64,000 nt of DNA, taken from assembly GCF_009914755.1 (NCBI RefSeq), contig NC_060930.1. One strand, 5' to 3'. The translations under genes and the position numbers were made by a program. Of the stretch, positions 1 to 13,845 are shown piece by piece (the stretch's first letter is position 1; every line of letters begins with the position of its first letter). The notes below the pieces were generated by a model. That model saw nothing but the letters and a program-made list of their open reading frames with translations, searched no databases and had not been told where the DNA came from. This stretch comes from the human T2T-CHM13v2.0 reference genome, Homo sapiens.

Positions 1-815
<815 letters not shown>

Positions 816-1369
816 ACCAGAGAAGGCAGGTGGAATTAGGTGACACCTGCCTCGCAAGTCCACTAGGAGTTCTGTGCAGACCAGCTTCCAAACATCACAG
901 ACTATTTCAGAAGCATCATCTCTATCATGGAATGTCTCATTGTTTGGGAATTACTGAAACAGTGGTTATAAACATATCTGAATTTGTTTGGGCTTCGTGA
1001 TATTGGAGACAAGTATCTTGAGTTCTATCCCAAATTGGAGATCAGACTTCTGTTGAAGTTGGCCCTGCTAAAGAGCCTCCTGATAAAAGAAATCCCACGT
1101 GTGAACTGAAGCACAGGTCTCTGAGTCCAGGAGGCCATGGGCACAGCTACCATGTGAGGCTGCATGTGGCTGTGTGGTTTGTGCACTGCACAGAAGCCAT
1201 GGCTGATAGGGTAAGTTGGGGTTGAAATCCTCAAGGCTAGCTGTTTACTAAACTGTGTCCCCATACCCTCACCCAAGAGCTGTGCTCATCCAGAGAAGGT
1301 GATTTAACTAATTTGTCTACTCAGACAGGATGCTCATTTCTGTTCATTACGAAATACTTATACCTATGC

Positions 1370-1715
1370 ATCTGATATAAAGGCATATTATTTATCTGTG
1401 GTGAAGGACCAGTTTTGTGTTGTGCGGTTTCAATTTCCAATCTACTGAAGAGCATCCTGTGGTCCTACTGCATGTGACCATGACCAGTACTCTGTGTGTG
1501 AGGCATGCAATTTACCAGGTGTGTTTGACAACACCCCAGCTGGTCCGTATCCTGATTCAAGACTTTTAAGACCACTGATCATGCATTTGGCTGTTTCAGC
1601 AAAGTCAAATTGCTGTAACATTCTCTAACCACTTATATTAGCATTGTGCTTTCTCACTCAGACTATTAATAGCTCGTGAACCAGGACTGGTGCCTGGACA
1701 ACACTTTGATTAGTT
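1370..1715. mobile_element. hAT-Charlie DNA transposon remnant (MER119-like)
   Basis: Ends GGACTGGTGCCTGGACAACACTTTGATTAG, resembling Charlie termini. Confidence 0.4.
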
Positions 1716-2289
1716 TATGCCATCCAGCCTACATCCCCATGCCAATGATGCAGGGTTGAGCTAGAACTTGCACTGGGGGAGCCGCTGACAGAACCAGGTT
1801 GGACATCTCACCTGCAAAGGGCCTACTCATTGACTGACTATTAATCTATTTAATGAGACACAGCACATGAAAGTCAGCCTGATTGGGAGAGGCTAATCTC
1901 TGGACCAATCAGTTGGGTTCTCTCCAGTGGAGATAGAGCACAGTAGCTTATCTAACAAAAAGAAATAAGGGCAGGGAGCACAAAGAGAAAGGCAGAAATA
2001 TGCCAAAAAGTAGAGAACCCAGGGCCCATGAGAGTGAAATGGAAGGCAGCTGTCCCCTAAAGCCATCAGCTTCTCAGGACCAGCACCAGACCTCATGAGT
2101 TTTTATAATAAACCCCCTTCTGCTAAGATGGCCTGGAGAAGGGTATAGCCCAAAAGGAAAAGAAAAGTTAAGACACCCCTCAAGAACTTGAAGAAGTGTG
2201 TGCAGGATGAGGAAGCAGGGACTTTTAGGAAAACCCAAAGTCCTGCTACAGGGAAGAGTCAAGTAAATACTATTGCTTCTAAAATAGCT

Positions 2290-2836
<547 letters not shown>

Positions 2837-2840
<4 letters not shown>

Positions 2841-2969
2841 GGGTGGCCCAAGAGTCTATGCCATCTTTCTCAAGTAAAGCTAAAAAATAAAAATAAAAAT
2901 GATGGGGTGGGGTGGCCCAAGAGTCTATCCCATCTTCCCCAAAGCTAAAAAATAAAAATAAAAATGATG
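2837..2969. repeat. Tandem duplication, ~65-68 bp x2
   Basis: GGTGGGGTGGCCCAAGAGTCTAT...AAAGCTAAAAAATAAAAATAAAAATGATG at 2837-2904 and 2906-2969. Confidence 0.95.
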
Positions 2970-3632
2970 TTTGTTCTTGTTTAAATTACCCAGTTTTCTC
3001 TGCCCAGACTAGTGTCATCTAACAAGATATGGGTTGTATATATTGCACTTCTTATGCAGTATAATTATTGGCTTATCTGGCTGTGCCCTAACCTTGGAAA
3101 ATATTTATCTTCCTAGAACAGTGTCTGGTATATACCTAGAGCACAATAAAGATTTGTGTTTTTTAAAACAATTATATCTGGAGGAAGTGAGATTATGAAA
3201 GATCTTGATTGTCAGACAAGAAACTAGGTTTTGTTCTATGCACATTTGGTTGCATTAGATGGTTTTTGAGCCTGAGTGTGACCATGGTACATAAATGAGC
3301 AGGAGAATGGAAAGGCTGGAGGCAAAGCTACTTAGAAGACAATATTTACCAGGCAAGACTCTGAGGAGGGCCACAGAAATGGGAAAGATGGGACAAATGA
3401 GTGTAAGAACATAAGAGATTTATTATTACATAGGAAGCAATATTAGGTCATCCCAAGGAAGGTATCTGCCGCTCAAAGTTAGATCTTGAAAGTATTACTG
3501 AAGTAAACAGTGATCACTCTTTTAAAAAAATCCCACACCATCAATTTTCTTGATGGCGCAGGGAATGACCAAGGGGGAAAAACACAGAAGATAAAGATTT
3601 TGAATAGAAAAGTTATCTAGAAGAGTTGGACT

Positions 3633-4040
3633 CTGTGCCAATCATGGAATGGTCAGGGATCAGAATTCACCATCGGGGGTTCAAATAAAAAGGCTTTAAT
3701 AAAAGAACTAAGGTCCCACTGAGAAGTCATTACTACCCCTAGTTTTGAAAATATTAAGGCAGGAGATCTTAATAGGAACTCAGTAAGAACTGGGGAAGCT
3801 GTAGTCCCAGAGGGTTACAGTGACTACCAGAGACATTGCACCATAGCTGGGAGAAATACTCCAATATTCCTTTTCTCATTCCCCAGTCTCCTGATGGTGC
3901 CTTTCACTGGCTAAGCCAATCAGCACCTGGAAGACACTGAGCTTGGAAGATGCAGCCCACAGTGGTGAGCTCCCCAGGGCACAGAGCTGGATAGAGAAAG
4001 ACAGACATATAGAACTGGAGGGGCAATTAGAGAATATGAA
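3633..4040 (-). mobile_element. ERVL LTR (LTR33-like)
   Basis: CAGGGCACAGAGC...CTGGAGGGGCAATTAGAGAATAT terminus resembles LTR33. Confidence 0.6.
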
Positions 4041-4299
4041 GATGTTCTAGAATATTTAACGAATTTATTTTACTGATATTTTCCTTTTATGTGCAGGGAA
4101 ACAATAAATGACAAACGAAAATGTCTAAATGTGTATGAAAGAGCTTTTGCAGAAAGTATACAAAAAAAACTGGAAGTAACAAAAACATTGTGTCAGTTTA
4201 ATTGACAGCTTTTTCCCCCTTCCTAATGGTTCATGAAATAACGGTGAGTCACACGATGCTGCTCCACTTTTTTTTTTTTAACAAAAAAAGAGGATTTGG

Positions 4300-4890
4300 T
4301 AATTTAGGATGCATTTGTTGCAAGAAACAGAATCCAATGCAAGATGATAAACAACAAAAACAGTATTAGTTGCTTCCCATAACTAGAAAGTCCCTATCTA
4401 GGGTGGACATAAGGGTTGGGTAGATTTGGTGGCCCAATGATAAAATCGAGTACATAGTTTCTTTCTGGCCTTCTGCTATGTGTTTCATTGTATCATATTC
4501 ATCCTGGAGCTGGCTCCCTTCCTGTGGCTGAAAGAAGGCAGCAAACAATCCCTTGAATTACATTTTCAATATAGATAGAAAACAAGTTGTTGCTGGAAAC
4601 TCCCTCAGGAGATCCTTCCCAGAAGCATCTGGAACACTACCCCCTGCACTACTCACTGGACCAAATATCTGCTCTATAGTAATGACCAACAAATAGAATC
4701 ACACTGATTAACATAGGCTTGAGTGACATGACTGTTTCTAGAGTCAAGGTAGAGTTAAGTTCCCCCCACAACCAGACAGCTACACTAGAGAACTGTGAAT
4801 TGCTACATGTTCCCTGCCCTCCAAAAGTGAGGGTAATGACCAACAGAGGGGTGAATGGGTCCTTGGGAAGTAGGCACCACCTGTACAATA
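4300..4890 (-). mobile_element. Old MLT1 LTR (MLT1K-like)
   Basis: TTAGGATGCATTTGTTGCAAGAAACAGAA start; degenerate body. Confidence 0.55.
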
Positions 4891-4970
4891 CTATTTAACT
4901 AAAATATCGTTGCTTTTCATGGCATTATAAAACATGCAATACATGCACCATGGTCAAGATTCTCTCCCTC

Positions 4971-5269
4971 TTTTTTTTTTTTTTTTTTTTTTTTTTGAGA
5001 CAGGGTCTCACTCTGTCACCTAGGCTGGAGTGCAATGGCATGATCACAGCTAACTGCAGCCTTGACCTCTGAGGCTCAAGCAATGATCCCACCTCCACCT
5101 CCCAAGTAGCTGGGACTACAGGCAAGTGCTACCACACCCAGCTAATTTTTGTAGAGGCTGAGTTTCACCATGCTGCCCAAGCTGGTCTCAAACTCCGGGG
5201 CTCAAGCCATCTGCTTGCCTCAACCTCCCAAAGTGCTGGGATTACAGGCATGAGCCACCACACCTAGCC
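4971..5269 (-). mobile_element. AluJ
   Basis: Poly(T), GAGACAGGGTCTCACTCTG, J-type diagnostics; TSD GTCAAGATT (4953-4961, 5271-5279). Confidence 0.96.
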
Positions 5270-5860
5270 AGTCAAGATTTTTAATAGCAAACAACTGAAT
5301 ACACTCTAGCTGGTGAAAGTAAACAAAGACTTTATTAAAGGCATTAGGGAGCTCTTGGAATTTTCAGAAGACTCAGAGAACTAGACCATAAAGCTAATCA
5401 ACCACACCAAATTCTTTGCTATTGAAACACCTCATAATACCATTTGGTAATACAGCATGTAGAACCGAATGCTAGGAAGCCAGTACCAACACCAAAAAAC
5501 TGAACAGCCAGGCACAGTGGCTCATGCCTATAGTCCCAGCTACTCAGCAACATAGTGGGACCCCATCTCTAAAACAAAGAAACAACAACAACAACAACAA
5601 AACCCAAACACCTCCAAACACCTTTGCCACTATGCTTGCCTGGAGATTGAGCTCATGATGCCTTCAACTGCATCCAAATCTCATGTGTGCATGTCCGATT
5701 GTCAGAGCCCAGGTCATATGCCTGAACCTCAGCTCCCACAGAGTATGGTGATGGCGTGTCCGGCATCTACCTGAGAAGGTAGGATTCAGTGTGGGATGTA
5801 TTCAAGATCAGAAAAGTATCCAGAAGATTTTGAGCAGCCCCAAATAGTACTTCAACATGC
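5270..5860 (-). mobile_element. Old MLT1 LTR (MLT1L-like), interrupted by Alu/FLAM
   Basis: GCAAACAACTGAATACACTCTAGCTGG...TTTATTAAAGG; GAGCCCAGGTCATATGCCTG. Confidence 0.5.
5507..5602 (+). mobile_element. Internally deleted FLAM/Alu monomer
   Basis: GCCAGGCACAGTGGCTCATGCCTATAGTCCCAGCTACTCAG joined to CAACATAGTGGGACCCCATCTCT; (CAA)n tail. Confidence 0.85.
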
Positions 5861-6364
5861 AATGTCATTCACTGCTTCTGTGGGCCCAGGAAAATGTACT
5901 CCTGGGCAAATGAATCACAGCTCAGAGAAAGAAAGATTTGTTCAGCAAATGCCGCAAAAATGCCTCACTCTGCAGTTTAATAGGGTGGCAATGCAAACAG
6001 GATGCTCTGAGAGGAAAATCATGCCTAGCTATCTCAATCTGTATCTCTACCAGGCTCAAAATTCACTTAATTCTAGGACCAACACTGATCCCTGCCATAA
6101 CATAAATACTCATTTAACAACTGTCCTATGTGTTATCTGTGTATCACTTAGTTTCTTGGCTCCTGACAAAATCCATTTCTTTCATAATATACTTCAGATA
6201 TAAAATGTATTAAGAACAGACATATTTAAGGCTCATTTCTCTTTTGTGATGTGGCATGTTCACTATTAGGGATCTAGACAGTTGACAACTACATGGATGA
6301 ACAAATTTGCAATGCCTTGACTGGTGTTTTTATAATAATGACCTAATTGCTTATAAAGAAATAT

Positions 6365-6510
6365 AATAAAACTAACATATATGTGACACCAACTATGTGT
6401 TCCTGTATTAGGTGTTCTACAAACAGTATCCCATTTTATCTTCTGAAAAAGAAGAAGGTAGGTGCTATTATTCCCATTTTACCAGAGAGGAAACCGAGGC
6501 TCAGAGACAT
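6365..6510 (-). mobile_element. MIR
   Basis: GTAGGTGCTATTATTCCCATTTTACCAGAGAGGAAACCGAGGCTCAGAGA. Confidence 0.85.
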
Positions 6511-7007
6511 TCTCTATCTGGCTCTCCGTCATATAATCTGCCTCCTAGAATCATCCACTTACGAAATCTTGCAACACAGAAACAAAGAGATGACCTGCTT
6601 CAGAGATGAGGGTAGGATTCTTATATTTCCCAGGACTTTTCTACCATGCATCTCCAACCATTGTTTCCCCCGTACTGAGATATCATCCCTGGTTTTAGTG
6701 TGCATCTCAGATAACAGTTTCACCAACCCATCCACTCTAGGTTTCTTCCAGCCTTCATTAACTCTAATTTCATTATCACCTGTTCTGGTGTGACCCTGTT
6801 CCCTGTGCACTTCTCTCCTTTCTCATGGGAAATGAATTTCTGTCTCTGCATCAGCTCTCTATCCAACTGTGTGAGCCCCGAGGCAAAGCACTCATTTGTA
6901 TGTGAGTACTGTCCGTCTCTCCTGTCATCCCCAGCTACCTCCTAAGGCTCTGACTCTTCGGTCACCTCTGGCTTCAGATGGGACTAAAGGGAATTTCTTA
7001 ACCAGCA

Positions 7008-7050
7008 TGTTGTGTGTGTGTGTGTGCGTGCACACATATGTGCACATATG
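7008..7050. repeat. (TG)n microsatellite
   Basis: Direct inspection. Confidence 0.9.
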
Positions 7051-7999
7051 CTTAATATCACTCAGATCATTCTGATTTCGTGTATGAATTGTAGTTCTGC
7101 ATTTTATTAAAGTCTTCTTTCACCCCTTTCATTTTATTTTGTGGATTCTCACCACTATTGAATATGGCTCATGTATCCTTTGGGAGAAATAATAAATAAT
7201 TTTCTATTTGGGAGCAAATTAGATGAAGTTTATTTGATTTGCTTAGAAAGGCCAAATTTCTCAAAACAGTAAGTAAATGGGAGGCTGCTCTAGCAATACC
7301 AATGGAGAATCTATCAAAAAGCTCAGAAGTCCTACTGACTGGGGGAAAAAAAAGATATAAAAGACAAGACAAGAAAAAAAAAAAACCTTGCCTCTGCTTT
7401 CTCCTTCTTCCCCATCTAACCTCCTAAGCTCCCCCTCCCCACTAGCCCTCTGCAGTGTGATTGTCTTCTGATTCAAGGCCAGACAAAATAGCAGGGCAAT
7501 AATGTTTTATTTCTGTTTTGTTGCCAGTGAGCTTGTGCTAAATCTCTCTATTCCCAGCCTCCTCTCTTCAAGTATATATACTTCAAGCAAAACAGAGGCA
7601 ACGGAACTGGAATGTATAAAGTCAGGGAAAACACACGTGCACACGCGCACATACATTCATATATGTATATACTAATAATAACTTTTATTCTTTTACAAAT
7701 GAAGGCAGTACTTTTTGTGATCTAATAACATTTTAATAAACTTGAATTTCAAACTGCTACTAAACATAACATTAGGTAACATATTAACTTGTGTTACATA
7801 AAGTCTCCATTATTAATTACTTTTTGGTTTTTGTATTTTGTATTTTCGCAAGAAGTGAATGCTGTCATCATGCTCGTAGTCTGTTTCTCTTGAGTATATA
7901 TGAGAGGTATTTGAAGGCAAACCAAGAAACAAGGACAAATATCATTACTGATTTCAAAAAATAAACAAAAAAACAGAAGATTGTGCTACTCTGACCAAG

Positions 8000-9400
8000 A
8001 CAGAAGGGAAAAATAAGTTTAACATGTCCAAAGAGAGAAGTCGTAGCTATTCGGCAAAGGAAATGACTGAAACGATGTCGAATCTTTCCAAGAAAAGTTA
8101 TGTTTGATTAAAATTTTCCCTCTGATTCATCCTAAGAAACCATTTTCCCCCAAGGCCTGGAGTGGACATTTTGAAGGACACGTGCCTGTTATTGATACTG
8201 AATTCAGTCTCAGTGCATTATTTTAAAGCAATCACAGTGGTAGCTGTACGCCAGTATGTGTACGGCCTTCAGATAAGCAATTGACTGTGAAATAATGGTA
8301 CACAGCATTTAATATATACCCTCTGGTTATGGGTGTACATACTAAACAAACAGTATTTTAAAATATATGCGTATACATATAAACACGCAAACCCCACAAG
8401 TTAAAGCTGTCTATCTCTAAATGGACTGGCAGCTGCTTGAAATTTCCCCTCTACTCTCCCTAAGGTCTCAGGTGTGAGATCCATGAGCCAATGTCGCAGC
8501 TAGAACAGGTGTCTATCGCTGGGTAAATAGCAATTAGGCCCAAATTTCAGACTTTTTTTTTTTTTTCAAATCCCTTTCGGAGGAAAAGCCCAGGAATAAA
8601 TAGTTGCTGTAACGGCCAGGGGTATTGTGTAGCATTATAGCCTCCAGCTGGTCTATTACATACTATAGACAGGCAAAGAATACGGGCACCTGACAGATGT
8701 GTTCTGTTAGCTTCATTAGGAAAGAAACAAAGAAACTCCTCAATTAATAGCAGCAGAGCCAAATCGGGGTGGGGGGAGAGCTTGAGGGGAGAGGAATCAT
8801 AGCCTGTTATTTAAACAGAGTCAGGGAGCTTTTCACTAGTGGCTTAATATGATTCATTAATAAAAACAGCTTTTTGAATGCCCAGTTTAAGTCAAAAGAA
8901 ATCACTAGCATTTTTTTCCCCTAGCAAAGGAAGGGCAAGATGACAAATTGCTGCTGTTAAATTCGTTTCACGTGGGGATGGCCTTTCTCAAAGATCCCTT
9001 AAACGGCAAGGCTGGGTGTTTGTCACATTAAGTGGCAGAGCAGTTCTCAAAAATCGACTGTGGCACATCAGGGTCTGCGATGAATGGGCAGCAGTGGCCA
9101 TCCAATAATTTTATATATCCAGACCAGGAAGCATTTAGTGTTGTTTACATGAACGAGGATTTTTAAAGTAATGAAATGCAGCTCTTACCCTGATGAAAGG
9201 AAAATCTGTCCGTGGAGTCACTTTTAATTTTTTTTTCTTCTTCTTGGAATGGTTTGAAATACTGGAGCAGCCCAGTTGGTGACTGCAGGTTTTGTTTCTT
9301 GCAAGCAGCAGAAGTCTGGTTATTTCTCCTTTTGTTTTTCCTTTGCTGAAGATACACGGGGAATCTATGTACAGTGTAAATATGTACAATTGTGAAAAGG
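8000..9400. promoter_or_regulatory. Candidate enhancer / non-CGI promoter block A
   Basis: Repeat-free; about 23 CpG in 1.4 kb by hand count; CACGTG 8969, TGTTTAC 9142, TGACA motifs; minus-strand donor AGG|GTAAGA at 9189. Confidence 0.5.
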
Positions 9401-10759
9401 GGAGTTGTATATTATATTAGCAATATATGAGTTCTGAATAAGAATGGTTCTTTTTCCAAGCAAATCAGAACTACAGTAAGAACTCAGCTTTCGTAATAAT
9501 AATTCCCAGTGATGATTCTGGATACTTGAAAGAAGAATACTACTTGCTACCAGGAGGTTAAAGTAGACAGTCTGACCTAGTTGCTGGGCTTAAGGAATGA
9601 ATTCCTGACACCCCCTCCCCCCACCCCATCACCACCACTCAATTTATACAGCACAGAGTAAAAAGGACTCAGAGGCAAGGACCTAGAAAATTCAGGGGAA
9701 TTTCTGGTCAATTATCCAGGTAATTCAGGCATAATTACTATGAGTGTATTCACCTGGATGGTTTTTTATATGCTAAGAATTCATGGATAGCAGGATTATA
9801 ACTACCAAGGCACAGTTCAGTGGAGAGTAGCCACAGGAGTCCCGGAGTAACCTAGGCCAGCAAGGATACGCTCCAAAATCAGAATTGAACACTCATCTGT
9901 CTAATTGGGGTGTTGTCCCGCCAAAGAAATAGAAATCAAAACATAAATGGTCATGGCCAAATATGATGGGCCAGGGTCTTTGTGATGGAAATGTAATTGT
10001 AAATCTTTATGGCCAACTCAGGCTGCGATGTCTTGATGCTCTTCAATTTTTAAAATATACTCTTGGCTTCTATTTGTATTTTCCCCCCTCAAATAATAGC
10101 TACAGAACAAGAAGGCCTAATATCTATTCCCAAATGAACAGGAATGAAAAGGAAAAACAGCAAGCTTTCCTGGAAGCAAAGGCATTTTTCACCCAAAAGT
10201 CTCTTTCTACACTGCTAATATTTCACATTTGACATCAAGGAATTGCAACCATGAAGGAAAAAGGTCAGAATGTGAAACTGTTATGTTCAGACTCTAACTC
10301 ATTATGGATCTTAATCTTTAGAAACAAGTAATAGTTCCAGCAGTAACTTACCATTGGTTATAACTTAAAGTTCCTTCTCAGAGACCTGATGAAAGAAACC
10401 CTCATTGTCATTGTTTGGCAGATCCTTGTAGAATGCAGTCTTTCAAACCTAAAATCACTTTTGATGAGGGTGCAGAAAATGTTCAAAACTCCCATCAAAA
10501 GATGAGGTCGAAATTCAAAATCATGAAAATAATCACTTAGTACAAACAACCAACAAAGTATAATCCTAGCCTGCAAGTTTGGGTCAAAAATGAAGTGTAT
10601 TTCAGCTTGTTTAGAAAAATACAAGTTGGATCTTTACTATTTTTCCTTTCTCAACTTAATGTCAAATGCCATTTTTTTTCCTTTAGTGTCTTTAAACAAC
10701 TCAGAAGCATGGATGCACATTTGGTTTCCAACAGTGTATAGACACCTTCAACATTAGGC

Positions 10760-11390
10760 TTGACTCCTCTCACTCTTACTCCCTCATTCCCATGTTCATC
10801 AGATTCTGATATTTTTGCCTCAAAGTGAGTCTCAGATCCACTCCATGCTCTCCATCCATCCCATCATCATTCAGCTCCTTGTCATTGCTCACTTGAGCTA
10901 TTGCACGATCTCCCTTTTTTTTAATTTTATTTTGAGACAGGGTCTCACTCGGTCACTCAGGCTGGAACGCAGTGGCACAGTCATGGCTTACTGCAGCCTT
11001 GACCTTCTAGGCTCAGGTGATCCTCTCACCTCAGCCTCCCGAGTAACTGGGGCTACAGGCGCACCACCACGCCTGGCTGATTTTTGTATTTTTTGTAGAG
11101 ATGAGGTTTCGCCCAGTTGCCCAGGCTGGTCCCGAACTCCTGGGCTCAAGTGATCCGCCCACATCGGCCTCCCAAAGTGCTAGGATTACAGGAGTGAGCC
11201 ATCGTGCCCAGCTGCAAAATCCTCTTAATCGGTCTCTTTGCCTCCAGTCTTAAACCCTCCAGACTTATCTTCACTCTCCTGCCAGAAGGAGCTTTCTCAA
11301 ATGAGAATCAGATGTCCATTCCTTGGTCCAAATGCATTCCATGGCTCCTATCATTTAGAAAATGAATTCCAAAGTCTTTAGCACTGTAGA
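10760..11390 (+). mobile_element. L2 fragment split by an Alu
   Basis: GGTCTCTTTGCCTCCAGTCTT...CCTGCCAGAAGGAGCTTTCTCAAATG L2 signature. Confidence 0.75.
10915..11212 (-). mobile_element. AluJ
   Basis: Antisense dimer with J-type diagnostics. Confidence 0.96.
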
Positions 11391-11399
11391 CAATGACTG

Positions 11400-11582
11400 G
11401 ACGGACCACATCCTGCCATTCCCTGTCATTAGTGTACCTTTTCTGGAGACTTCTAGTATATTCCATGTAGGTGATCATATGTACGATGTTAGCTGTAGGT
11501 TTCTTGCAGATGTCTTTTATAAGGTTGAGGAATTTCCTTTCTACTTCACCTTTGACAGAGACTTTTTATTATGAGTGGGTGC
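11400..11582 (-). mobile_element. L1M ORF2-region fragment
   Basis: GATGTTAGCTGTAGGTTTCTTGCAGATGTCTTTTATAAGGTTGAGGAATTTCC. Confidence 0.75.
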
Positions 11583-12599
11583 CACACAGAAAGTACCTTG
11601 AGGCCTTGATGCTAATCACAAATGACTATCCATTTATATATATTAGGTGAATAAATATATTAATACATCTCTTCTGATGTCATGTGTGACGTTTTTGGTC
11701 CACTCCTACTCTGATTAAATATTTTTATCTTACTGTTTCCATTTCCCTTACACTGTGCACCCAGCATGGTCTCTCTCACACTGTAAGCTCCTTACAACCA
11801 GGTGTGGTGACTATGTAATTCTTTATACTCAGCACATTTACATGCAAAATTCATGGCTCAATAATATGTTTTGTTATGAGCACAGAGTTGAAAGGATAGT
11901 ATTTCTGGTTTGATTTCTACCTTGCTCTGGAATTGTTTGCAAAGAAAATTAGAAAGTAGAATACACTGAGACAGAAAAATGTTTTGATTACTGAAATTTG
12001 TGCATGTGGCCAACTGTGTTTGTTAGGGGGTTACAGAATTTGCTACAAAGTGTGTTGAGATAGCTTAATTGGGACCATAAGCTGAGAAGGACTTTTCATA
12101 CGGTTTCTTGTTGGTGTAAAGAAGAATCACATTTGTGTAAATTTCCTTCTATTCAAAAATCATTCATCTTTCTTTTGCTGTTCACAGATTTCCAGGGCCA
12201 GATTCAGTTAGATCTGTCACAGACAGGCACAGACAAACACAAATAGGAAAAGTGTTTGAGAGTAGCAAAAAACTGGATAGATTATGCCACTTATTTTACT
12301 GTCTCTTGTTGTCTCAAATATAACTCTTTGTCCCATCTGTCAAGAAACCTGCTGATTTTAACATTCCATTTTGTTGTCAACAACTCTTTCTATTCTTTCC
12401 AAACCTTGAAACCACAGAATGAAATTCCACTGGCATTTAGTTTAAAAAAAAACCTCATAAATAATTTTCATCATGTTTGAGGCTTGTATTTGTGACCTTT
12501 CTCTTCCATTCTACCCTTCAGTTTCCCTAACTAGGGTCACAAAAAAAAGGAAATCATGGGCTTTTTTAAATACAGCTTAGAAACTGTTTGGGTGGCAAA

Positions 12600-13565
12600 T
12601 TTTTTTAAAAGAAAAAGAAATAATAATCCCAGGACCTTCTTTTAAGTGGTAATCTTAAAGAAACAAATTCATTAGAAAAGACAAAATACAACTTTAAAAA
12701 CAAAGCAACTTCCGTATGTATTTAAAAAGTAAAAGACAATATTGAAAAATACTCACAGCAAATCGACCAAGTGTTTATCTTTTCTATACAGAGAATACAT
12801 TTAAATGGATGAGAAAATATGAGAGTCCCAATAGCCAAACTAGGACACAGGAGGTGAAAGAATAATTCTAAGCATTCAACCAGAGTCATAAAAATTCAAC
12901 AGCAAGATATCATTTTTTACTTTTGCAAAATATTCAGAATAGTAATACTCAGTGTTAATAAGGCTGAGGTGAAGCTGAGACTCTCACCTGGTGATATATT
13001 AATGACCCTATTCTATAGGAAAGCAGTTGGCAGTGTTTCAGGAGTCATAAAGATGTTCATACTCATTTACTCTGAAATTCCTTTATGGAAAATACTCAGA
13101 AATTAAAGGAATTTTTCAAACTATGTGAGTATATTTATCTCAATGTACATTTCAATAGTAAACTCTTGAAAATATCCTATATGTTTATGACACACTTCTA
13201 TAAATAGAATATACAACCAAAAAATTATATGTGCCAAGAGTTTTTAATAACATAAAGAAATGCTAATGGATTATACTTAGAGAAAGAAGAATAGAATACA
13301 GATTCTAACTGCTTTGCTCTTATTGAAGAGCTGGCTGAGTTAAGAAAAGATAATTTTTGAGAGGCTTTCCTTCTTTAATTGTATGTATATATAACATATA
13401 ATATAAAATATAAAATGCCTTTAAAGGACTATAATAAATGCATACATTGTTAGCAGACAAATAGTAAGGGTGGTGAAATTATGAATAATAATATTTTTTG
13501 TTTCAATGATTTGTTCTTTAATATTTTATAAGAATATGTGTCACTTCTACAATCAGAAAAAAAGT
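12600..13565 (+). mobile_element. Old L1 (L1ME/MC) 3' region
   Basis: AATACTCAGTGTTAATAAGGCTG...GGAAAGCAGTTGGCAGTG...ATGTTCATAC; A-rich. Confidence 0.7.
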
Positions 13566-13664
13566 AGAGGTTTAAAAGACTTGAAAAGTTAGGGCTATTT
13601 CCATTTGCTTTTCTTGGGTCTTCTGTGATAAATGACATCTAATTATTTAACCCTTAGAAGGAAA

Positions 13665-13845
13665 ACCATTTGTATCTAACATGTGTCAGGCACTATGCTA
13701 AGCAATTGGACATATCTCATTTAATCTTTATGATAACCCTGAAAAATAGATGTTAACTTTATTTTTATATGTAAAGAACACAAGGCTCAAAAAGTGTAGG
13801 CATCTTACCCCAGATCATATGAATAAGAAGAACCAGGGTTGGTGT
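13665..13845 (-). mobile_element. MIR
   Basis: TGTCAGGCACTATGCTAAGC...CATTTAATCTT. Confidence 0.8.

Noticed and set aside
9184-9205. Possible recursive splice site (TTTCATCAG-G-GTAAG)
   Set aside because: One extra G separates AG from GT, so it is not the canonical AG|GT junction.
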